Source: Zestosphaera tikiterensis (GTDB lineage Archaea > Thermoproteota > Thermoprotei_A > Sulfolobales > NBVN01). Taken from it: 32,000 nt of DNA. Positions within the stretch are counted from its first letter, which is position 1; each line of letters opens with the position of its first letter. Shown here piece after piece: positions 9,024-15,971 of the stretch. The DNA lies in NCBI GenBank assembly GCA_003056265.1, contig NBVN01000002.1, positions 612,032 through 644,031 of the forward strand. Reading direction: 5' to 3'. Under the pieces are notes generated by a model. It did not search any database. It saw only the letters and a program-made list of their open reading frames with translations, and had not been told where the DNA came from. Both the position numbers and the translations under genes were made by a program.

Positions 9024-10388
9024 ATGGTGTTTGAAGTGGGTAACTACGACGTGTTGGTTGTCGGTGCTGGTTTGGCAGGTTCTTCAGCTGCGTATTTCCT
9101 AAGTAAGTCCGGGCTTAAGGTTTTAATCGTTGATGTTAAACCCCCGTCTAAAGTGGGGGATAAGCCCTGCGGTGATGCCATCGGTAAACACCATTTCGAC
9201 GAGTTGGGTTTAGACTACCCGACCAACGACATGCTTGAGGGCTTCGTTAAAGGGATAGACGTATACTCACCTACTGAGTCTATGAAATATAGGGTTTTAG
9301 GTGAGGGGTTTGAAGTAGATAGGGTTAAATACACGCAATACCTACTTAAGAAAGCCTTAGACGGAGGCGTTGAGTTCCTAGGCGAGACTCAGGCAGTGGA
9401 GCCCATCGTTAAAGACGGTTTCGTGGTTGGCGCTACCTTATGGAGCAGGGGTAGGGGTAAGTGGGTAGTTAACTCTAAAGTAGTTATCGACGCGTCGGGC
9501 GTTTCAAGATCTTTAGTTAGGAAGTTAGATAGTTTGAGTTGGCCTGTGGCTGAGCCGGCAGACCCTAAAGACTTCAACATAGCTTATAGGGAAGTCAGGA
9601 AGTTAAGTAAAGCCGTTGAAGAACCTGAGATATTGAGGATTTACGTGAGTAAGACCGTAGCCCCCGGAGGCTATTGGTGGTTCTTCCCATACTCCATATA
9701 CGGCGACGTAGTTAACGTTGGGTTAGGGGTTCAAGGCGGTGTGGGTTACCCACACCCTAAAGACCTCCTGTATAAGTACGTGTTTAGTAGGGACGTCTTT
9801 AAAGGAAGTCAGGTGTTGGAGGCTGGAGGCGCTGCAGTACCTACTAGAAGGCCCGTAGCGTCTTTAGTTTGGAACGGTGTTGCCGTGGTGGGTGACGCCG
9901 CCTACGCGGTAAACCCAGTTCATGGTGGGGGTAAGGGGCCGGCGATGGTTTCCTCTATGTGCGTGTCTAAAGCAGTCGTTAAAGCTTTAGATGAGGGTGT
10001 GGCGTCCGCTGAGAATCTTTGGAGTGCTAACCTCTGCTTTATGAGTAGGTATGGAGCTAAGCAAGCGTCTCTAGACGTGTTTAGGATATTCCTTCAGAAG
10101 TTAAGCGATGAAGACCTCGAGTATGGGATGAGTAGGAAGTTAATTAAGGAGGAGGATTTAAACACAGTCTCCCTTAAAGGAGACCTAGAGTTAAGCGTCG
10201 TTGATAAGGCGTTGAGGTTGTTAAGCGGTTTAAGAAGGCCTTCACTACTTATAAAGTTGAAGGTTGTAGCTGACTACATGAGTGAGGTTAAGAAGCTATA
10301 TCTAAACTACCCTGAGAAACCCTCCGGTCTTAAAGAATTCGTAAACCGTGTTGAGGGTTTATTCGCTAAAGTACGTAGTGAGTTTTAA
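9024..10388 (+). CDS. Geranylgeranyl reductase family flavoprotein (digeranylgeranylglycerophospholipid reductase-like)
   Basis: 454-aa ORF with an FAD dinucleotide fold (YDVLVVGAGLAGSSAAYFLSKSGLKVLIVD), the GGR-specific PCGDAI motif and a GDAA motif (VVGDAAYAVNP). Confidence 0.85.
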   Translation: MVFEVGNYDVLVVGAGLAGSSAAYFLSKSGLKVLIVDVKPPSKVGDKPCGDAIGKHHFDELGLDYPTNDMLEGFVKGIDVYSPTESMKYRVLGEGFEVDRVKYTQYLLKKALDGGVEFLGETQAVEPIVKDGFVVGATLWSRGRGKWVVNSKVVIDASGVSRSLVRKLDSLSWPVAEPADPKDFNIAYREVRKLSKAVEEPEILRIYVSKTVAPGGYWWFFPYSIYGDVVNVGLGVQGGVGYPHPKDLLYKYVFSRDVFKGSQVLEAGGAAVPTRRPVASLVWNGVAVVGDAAYAVNPVHGGGKGPAMVSSMCVSKAVVKALDEGVASAENLWSANLCFMSRYGAKQASLDVFRIFLQKLSDEDLEYGMSRKLIKEEDLNTVSLKGDLELSVVDKALRLLSGLRRPSLLIKLKVVADYMSEVKKLYLNYPEKPSGLKEFVNRVEGLFAKVRSEF

Positions 10389-10415
10389 CTCTTAAATGCT
10401 TTTATGACGTAGTGG

Positions 10416-12230
10416 TTAAGCTTCCTTAAGCCATGGATACATGTCAATCCACTTACTTATGAATGGCTCGTACGTCTTCATATACAGCGGGTGTGAAGTC
10501 ATCTTCTTAATAAGTTCTAAATCCCTCCTATACTTCATAGCGTCGCCCACGCTTCCCTCACCCTTCAGCTTAACCCACTCATCAAGCGTGAGCATGTACT
10601 TCTTCTGAACGTAGTCTCTATAGACGTCGCTTAACACGTTGAACGTGCAGAACGGCACTACCCTCCCGTCAGGCATTAGGTAATGTACGTTGCATCTCAT
10701 AACCCTCTCCACGTCGTAGTTGTAGAGATCCATGAAGTGCATCATGCCTAAGAACATAAACTTATAGTGCCACTCACCTAAAGATTCGTAGGATTGCTTA
10801 GTGAAGATCTCGAAAAGCAGTTTAGGCAGGATCTTCTTAACGTCTGAAGGCACTTCAGACCATTTAATGTATTTAGTTATCATCGAAAGCAGTATTTTAG
10901 ACCCTATGACGAACTTAGCTCCGCCACTCCTTAACTCCTTAGCTTTTTCGGAGAGGTAGTCCAGAAAGCCCTCCACATCTATCATCTTAGTTATGGGTAT
11001 GAACTCAACCGAGCTATCCACCTTCTTAACGTAGACGTAAGTCCCGACACCGCATTCCGGGTGGTTAGCCATCTCGAACTTAAACTTCCCAGATAGAGAC
11101 TCTATAAACTCGGAAACGGATGTTGAGGTAGGTACTGGGAACCAGTCATTTACCGTTATCTGGCCTGAGGTCTGCTCTTCAATCATCTTTATAGTGTCGT
11201 AAATCGTTACCCTCAGCTTCTCCCTCTCAGCCTTCTTAATCATCCCAGTAAGTGAGACTGGCTGGAAGTTAACCGACCTAACTATGTCCATGTTTAAAGC
11301 CGCGAATTTTATTATGTCGCCCAACTCATGCGTGTTAACTCCTTTAATCACTGTAGGAACTAAAACAACGCTTGTAACGCCTCCCTTCCTGAAGGTCTCG
11401 AAGATAAACGGTATCTCCCAATGGTTTTTAGGGTTGGCCTTAGGTGAGACTCCGTCGAAGCTCATGTATATCGTGTTAACTCCAGCTTCTCTAATGCTCT
11501 TAGCTAGTTTAACCGCTTCCTCCTCGCCTTTAGTTAGGTAGAGTCTTGCGAAGGCTATAGCGTGTGTGTTAAGTTGGATATGTCTAACGCCTAAACCCCT
11601 AAGCAGCTTAACTATGTCGACTAAGTCCTCCCTAAGCGTTGGTTCACCACCGGTTAACTGTATGGCCGGCGTAACGCCCTGCTTAAGGAGTTGCTTAACC
11701 ATAAACTCAATCTGCTCTATTGAAGGCTCGTATACGAAGCCGGACTTCTCAGCGTAGAAGAAGCAATACCAACAGCTTAAATCACATCTGTTGGTAAGCA
11801 CTAAATTCGCTAACGCAGTATGGTTTTTATGTAGGGGGCAGAGCCCGCAGCTGTATGGGCATGGGGCGGTTAACTCCGTATATACGTGTCTAGGCCCTCT
11901 ACCCTCAACAAACCACTTCTCAATCCTTTTAGCGAATTCTGAACTACCCTGATATATTTCTTCGATCTCGCCGTGTTCCGGACATACCTTCCTAATGTAG
12001 AGCTTCCCATCCCTCTCAACTATTACCGCCGGAAGTAACGCGTAGCAGTAAGGGCAGATGGATTGCGTGTACCTAACTAACTTCTCACCCTCCCTAACCT
12101 TAGGTAGTGGGCCGCCAACACGGACTTCCTTATCAGCTATCCTAACGACTTTAGACCTTACGTCAAACGATGAAGGACGTATTAATGAGGGCTTACCTAA
12201 CTCATCGCTTACTTCATTCAAGCACTTCAA
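10416..12230 (-). CDS. Multi-cluster radical SAM enzyme, probable tetraether lipid synthase (Tes / GDGT-MAS-like) family
   Basis: 604-aa ORF. It has an N-terminal rubredoxin/Zn-ribbon-like CPYC...CPEH, an auxiliary CPYSCGLCPLH, the radical-SAM motif CDLSCWYCF, and three further C-terminal Cys. The radical SAM call is firm. The Tes assignment rests on Cys architecture, size and the neighbouring GGR gene. Confidence 0.8.
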   Translation of the reverse strand: MKCLNEVSDELGKPSLIRPSSFDVRSKVVRIADKEVRVGGPLPKVREGEKLVRYTQSICPYCYALLPAVIVERDGKLYIRKVCPEHGEIEEIYQGSSEFAKRIEKWFVEGRGPRHVYTELTAPCPYSCGLCPLHKNHTALANLVLTNRCDLSCWYCFFYAEKSGFVYEPSIEQIEFMVKQLLKQGVTPAIQLTGGEPTLREDLVDIVKLLRGLGVRHIQLNTHAIAFARLYLTKGEEEAVKLAKSIREAGVNTIYMSFDGVSPKANPKNHWEIPFIFETFRKGGVTSVVLVPTVIKGVNTHELGDIIKFAALNMDIVRSVNFQPVSLTGMIKKAEREKLRVTIYDTIKMIEEQTSGQITVNDWFPVPTSTSVSEFIESLSGKFKFEMANHPECGVGTYVYVKKVDSSVEFIPITKMIDVEGFLDYLSEKAKELRSGGAKFVIGSKILLSMITKYIKWSEVPSDVKKILPKLLFEIFTKQSYESLGEWHYKFMFLGMMHFMDLYNYDVERVMRCNVHYLMPDGRVVPFCTFNVLSDVYRDYVQKKYMLTLDEWVKLKGEGSVGDAMKYRRDLELIKKMTSHPLYMKTYEPFISKWIDMYPWLKEA

Positions 12231-12297
12231 CCTCTGAAATACTTATACAGCGTTAAAATAAAAACTTTTGCTCAATCGATTAAGTGGGTGGTTTAAG

Positions 12298-13071
12298 GTG
12301 GTTAAGCTTTACGTGCATAGACTCTGCTTATCTAGCTATACACTCTATAAAGAACTTAAGGCTAGAGGCACCTTAGATAAGGTTAAGTTCGTCGACACCT
12401 CAAACAGCTTAAAAGCGGTTAAGAAAGGTGTTTTCAGCGTTCCAGCGTTGGAAACTCAAGGCATGTTAGTAGCTGTAGACCCGATAGAGGTGGAGTTAGT
12501 TGAAGCCGCCGCGTTAAACGAAGACTTAAGTAGGTTCGCCCCAAAAACAGTTGAGGAAGCGGTTGAAGCTTTCTTTAAAAGCCTCTACGCAAGCGGTTAC
12601 CTATCATGTGTTTCCTTAATCCACGGGCTGAAGCCAATCCTTAAAGACTTAAGCACGGTGAGACTCCTAGCTAAGTTAAGGTTAGGCACCACGTTAAAAA
12701 CCTCTGAAGTTATGGAAGGCATACTTAAAAAGATGGAGGCAAGCGAAGATGAAGTAAGGAGTAAGTTAGCGTATATATGCTTTAAAAACTACGTTAGAGA
12801 ACATATATGGTTAAACCCTAAAGCAAGCTATGAAGACATACGAAACACATTAAACGAAAGCAACGTAACATCATGGCTACTCGCTAAAACCTCAGTAGGA
12901 AGAACCTTAATACCGAACAACCTAAACACGGTTAAGAAAGCAGCCAACGAATTAATTAAACTAGGGAATAACAAACTCGAAACAACAACAGCAAAAACCA
13001 AAGAAGAAGTAGAAACCCTATCGAAAGACATAGAATTCCAGAAATACATAAAAACAAAAAGAAGCAGTTAA
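12298..13071 (+). CDS. Hypothetical protein with N-terminal thioredoxin-fold-like segment (CxxS) and K/N/T/E-rich tail
   Basis: The ORF track starts at TTG 12268. I prefer the in-frame GTG 12298 (MVKLYVHRLCLSSY...) because a TATA-like box (taaaataaaaa, ~12253-12263) sits immediately before and abutting the TTG and about 35 nt ahead of the GTG. KLYVHRLCLSSY...FSVPAL resembles a glutaredoxin/thioredoxin fold with CxxS and a cis-Pro motif. Confidence 0.5.
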   Translation: MVKLYVHRLCLSSYTLYKELKARGTLDKVKFVDTSNSLKAVKKGVFSVPALETQGMLVAVDPIEVELVEAAALNEDLSRFAPKTVEEAVEAFFKSLYASGYLSCVSLIHGLKPILKDLSTVRLLAKLRLGTTLKTSEVMEGILKKMEASEDEVRSKLAYICFKNYVREHIWLNPKASYEDIRNTLNESNVTSWLLAKTSVGRTLIPNNLNTVKKAANELIKLGNNKLETTTAKTKEEVETLSKDIEFQKYIKTKRSS

Positions 13072-13094
13072 ATAATTAAATCAATAATATATTG
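13071..13094 (+). promoter_or_regulatory. Candidate TATA-box promoter for the secreted-protein gene cluster
   Basis: AT-only stretch aataattaaatcaataatatattg, immediately after the upstream stop. It would give a leader of about 55 nt that carries a GAGGT Shine-Dalgarno motif at 13159-13163, 9 nt before ATG 13173. Confidence 0.3.
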
Positions 13095-13172
13095 AAAACA
13101 AACCAACGAAACCATGAGTCAAAAAGCTTAAAAACAAAAACAACACAGAAGTAAGGCAGAGGTAAAAACCAA

Positions 13173-13754
13173 ATGAACAAAAACCAGAAAAGAACGTTGT
13201 TGGCGCTTGCGGCCCTAGCTATAGCCGTAGCTGTGGTAAACGCCAGCGTCTTCGCATACTACCAGATAGACGTGACAATAACTGGTGTGCAACCACCGGT
13301 AGTCTTTGTTGCAGGTAACAACGCTAACAAGGCAGACCTAGGAGCGGGCAACAGCATTGCTGTAGCTCTAGGAGCGAACAGCACCTCAGCTGCAATAACG
13401 ATCCACCCAACCTATCAGCACACATACTACCACGACGTACTCAAAGTCAATAACATCGATAGAAATAAAGCCTATTACGTAGCGTTCAAAGTCACATCAG
13501 CTATATCCAGCTGGCCCTCTGATTCGGTTGCGAAGATGATTATATACAGTAGTGGCGGCTCGAAGGTTACGGATGTAGACCTCAAAGCTAATAGTGATAC
13601 GGGCTGGATAGGGCTTCTGGATGCTAACGACTATTACAGGATCGATTTCTACATATACTACCCGGAGGGTAACCAGCTACCGGGCGGAACAGTGCAAGTT
13701 CAGCTGATATATAGCCCGCAGAACCCATCGACAATACCGACATTACCATCGTAG
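13173..13754 (+). CDS. Secreted beta-rich protein with SPase-I-type signal peptide; candidate TasA/AbpA-like filament (major) subunit
   Basis: 193-aa ORF with a good SD (GAGGT). The signal peptide MNKNQKRTLLALAALAIAVAVVNA|SVFAYY obeys the -3/-1 rule (V-N-A). The mature N-terminus resembles SipW-cognate signal peptide/mature junctions (..AxFAY[FY]..). The protein is beta-strand-rich with N-x-S/T sequons (NAS, NST). A signal peptidase I gene lies two genes downstream. Leu codon use is atypical (TTA 1 of 13 by hand count). Confidence 0.75.
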   Translation: MNKNQKRTLLALAALAIAVAVVNASVFAYYQIDVTITGVQPPVVFVAGNNANKADLGAGNSIAVALGANSTSAAITIHPTYQHTYYHDVLKVNNIDRNKAYYVAFKVTSAISSWPSDSVAKMIIYSSGGSKVTDVDLKANSDTGWIGLLDANDYYRIDFYIYYPEGNQLPGGTVQVQLIYSPQNPSTIPTLPS

Positions 13755-13766
13755 CGGTGAGTAGAG

Positions 13767-14812
13767 ATGAAGTACCCTAAACTAAAACTAAGTTTTTTTA
13801 CATATTAGTTCCGTCACTCTTAGTCCTCACCATATCCTCTGTCTACGCCTCCGTATTCGTTTACTACCCCCTCTCAACAAATATTCAGGGGGTTAGCCCT
13901 CCGGTCGTCTTTCAGGCTGTTTCCGGCATACCTGCTACGATATCTCCTTGGGGTACATACGCAAGTGTATCTCTATCGCTACCCCTAATCGTTGTGAACG
14001 CCAACTTCTCCGGAACGCTAAGCCCGTGGACTACTATCTCGAGTATCAGTCAAAGTGCATGGAGTCCCGCATCTGGTGTTCAGGGAGCATCTGATGGATA
14101 TGTTGCGAGCTTCTCTGAAACTAATAGAGACGTTGATACTGGTTACGGTGAGATATACCAAGAGATATTTATACCGAGTGTAGCCGGCTCGAGTAGCTAT
14201 ACGGTAACTGTCTACATAAGATTCCAGATTAGTCGGTTTCAGGCTAGGGGAGGCGGTAGTATCTCTATAACGTACGGGCTCTTTAACCCTGCCACAAATT
14301 CATGGGTATGTGATCAAAGCAATACATATCAAGGAACAACAGGCTGGACTTCCTATTCTGTTAGTTGCTCCATAAGTGTGTCGGGTAGCTACAGGCTTCG
14401 CGCCTACATAACTGTAACCAACACGCGGACGTTCACCATTTATATAGATTACCTCTACATCTCGGTGTATAGCTCCAGCAGTGCTGTCCTCAACGTGTAC
14501 AACCGAGACTCTCAGCCCTACTATGCTAGACTGATGCTAAATTCTGTCACAGGGTTGAATCCTCAGAACCTGTTCTGCGAGATAGGCATAGGGGACTCGC
14601 AGCCCATACAGATAAGAAGCGGGCAGATAGTTGCGGGCGAAACGTCGGAGGTTGTCCTCTCTTCAGGTAGCTTCACACCGATAAATGTGAAATGCCTGAC
14701 AACGTCTAGAGGTAGCTACACGTTGACTCTAACTCTGAGGTATTGCACGGTACCCGGAGGTAACGGTGTATGTGTCTACTACCCCTTAACCATAGTTTTA
14801 AGTTCTGGGTAA
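13767..14812 (+). CDS. Secreted paralog of the 13173 gene carrying a lectin/CBM-like jelly-roll region, interrupted by a -1 frameshift at a T7 tract (candidate minor subunit or adhesin; possibly a pseudogene or sequencing error)
   Basis: ATG 13767 is preceded by a GGTGA SD (13756-13760) and encodes MKYPKLKLSFF, then hits TAG at 13806. The frame of the 13994..14812 ORF is open back to 13781. That frame encodes YILVPSLLVLTISSVYA|SVFVYYPLSTNIQGVSPPVVF, a signal peptide plus the same mature N-terminus as the upstream gene. The two frames join at T7 (13793-13799). The region 13781-13993 has no ATG, GTG or TTG in this frame. Confidence 0.65.
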
Positions 14813-14818
14813 TGTAGC

Positions 14819-15970
14819 ATGAAGTACCTCGACTATATAGCTCTTGGTGTTATTCTACTCCTGATCGTAGGTAGGTTGGTTTGGTTTCCCGTAGCTCTTT
14901 TCGTGGTTTCCGGGGATTCCATGCTTCCAACTCTTAAGACTGGGGATTTCGTTTTAGGTGTTGCTACGTATTTAAGTGGTTATGGAGTTGGTGATGTTGT
15001 TGTTTGGTATGCTACGGTAACGCATGGAACTATACATAGGGTTGTTAACGTTTCTGAAGGGTATGTAGTAACTAAAGGTGATAATAACCCGTTGCCAGAT
15101 CCTTCAATACCCGCTTCGTTCGTTAAGTATAAGGTCGTGCTCCACATACCTAGGGAGTTTTGGTTTCCCGCCGCCCTCACGTTAGCTGCTTTCTATATCT
15201 TCACGAAGCGTAGGGAGATTGCCTCAACGTTTAAGACCATCACACCGGGTGAGATGAGGGTGGCTTACGCAGTATTCATATTTTTCGTAGTTGTTGACGT
15301 AGCTACTGTGTTTTTAGTGGGTGTTCAGTACTTCAGCCCGGCAACGGTTTTAATTAAGCCTTCGGTTGAGTTGAGGAGTATGGAAGTCTCTAAAGATGGG
15401 GGTAGTATCTACTTAACTTTCACAGTTAAAAACGCTGAGCCTCTAAACGTAAGTTTATGTGAGGTTACCTTACTAAACGCTACCTTCCCATGTTTAACGC
15501 ATCGTTTAGTGGGTTCCGTAGCTGTTGTTGAAGTGCCTAGGGAGGCGTATAGCTACGCCTATAGAGCTTCAAACAACTACATAACTTACGTAAGCTTAAG
15601 GCTAAACATAACGTTCGATAAGGGGTGGGTTGAGGGGAGGTATCCATACACTATAAACTGGAGGGCGCTTCAAGTATCGGTGATTAACAACTCAGTAGTT
15701 ATTAACAACCCAAACTACATTCAATTCAACTTAACTGAAGTTAAAGTGATTTATATGGGGGTTAAGCAACCCTTCAACACACCTGAGGTTTTGAAGATCG
15801 AGTACTTAAGCGATTACGTCGTGGAGGCTGGGAAGTCCTTAACGATAGATGTGATGCCTGTAAACGGCAGTAGATATGCTTACGTAGAGTTTAAATACGA
15901 ATTTAAGTTCTGGCCTTACGGCGGGGGTGGGGTAGTTCTTGAGAGGAGGAGGGTTGACTTCAAAGGTTAA
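14819..15970 (+). CDS. Archaeal/ER-type (SipW-like, S26B) signal peptidase I fused to a ~270-aa membrane-anchored C-terminal extension
   Basis: The first ~110 aa contain an N-terminal TM segment, box B VSGDSMLPTL (Ser nucleophile), box D GTIHRVV (His, not Lys) and box E TKGDNNPLPD. These are followed by two TM segments and a ~200-aa beta-rich region with many N-x-S/T sequons (NVS, NAT, NIT, NNS, NLT, NGS). The gene starts 6 nt after the preceding stop. Confidence 0.8.
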   Translation: MKYLDYIALGVILLLIVGRLVWFPVALFVVSGDSMLPTLKTGDFVLGVATYLSGYGVGDVVVWYATVTHGTIHRVVNVSEGYVVTKGDNNPLPDPSIPASFVKYKVVLHIPREFWFPAALTLAAFYIFTKRREIASTFKTITPGEMRVAYAVFIFFVVVDVATVFLVGVQYFSPATVLIKPSVELRSMEVSKDGGSIYLTFTVKNAEPLNVSLCEVTLLNATFPCLTHRLVGSVAVVEVPREAYSYAYRASNNYITYVSLRLNITFDKGWVEGRYPYTINWRALQVSVINNSVVINNPNYIQFNLTEVKVIYMGVKQPFNTPEVLKIEYLSDYVVEAGKSLTIDVMPVNGSRYAYVEFKYEFKFWPYGGGGVVLERRRVDFKG

Positions 15971-15971
15971 G

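Noticed and set aside
7451-12000. ORFs 7451..7666 (-), 8734..8991 (+), 9389..9580 (-), 11284..11541 (+), 11566..11757 (+)
   Set aside because: All are embedded antisense within motif-supported genes (MBL hydrolase, dtdA, GGR, radical SAM). Their low-complexity S/T/L/P-rich translations are typical of non-coding frames.
12268-12297. TTG 12268 as start of the 12268..13071 ORF
   Set aside because: The TTG directly abuts the TATA-like box (12253-12263), leaving no room for transcription initiation upstream of it. The in-frame GTG 12298 gives a thioredoxin-fold-like N-terminus at a sensible distance. The choice is not certain.
12828-13049. Minus-strand ORF 12828..13049
   Set aside because: It is the complement of the A-rich 3' part of the 12298 gene, so a T-rich antisense frame is open by composition alone.
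13114-13131. Mini-ORF ATG AGT CAA AAA GCT TAA in the leader of gene A
   Set aside because: It has five codons, no SD, and lies within the A-rich leader, so it is most likely fortuitous.
13173-13260. Protein A as a type IV pilin (class III signal peptide, cleavage after KRT)
   Set aside because: The -1 residue would be Thr rather than Gly/Ala/Ser, and no prepilin peptidase or assembly ATPase is nearby. An SPase I gene is adjacent, and VNA|S and VYA|S fit the -3/-1 rule in both paralogs. This is not formally excluded.
15939-15971. TTG 15939 as start of the 4-TM protein (32-nt overlap with the SPase gene)
   Set aside because: The in-frame ATG 15972 lies 1 nt after the SPase stop and opens directly into the first TM helix. 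The extra MRGGGLTSKVK has no obvious role. This remains an unresolved alternative.
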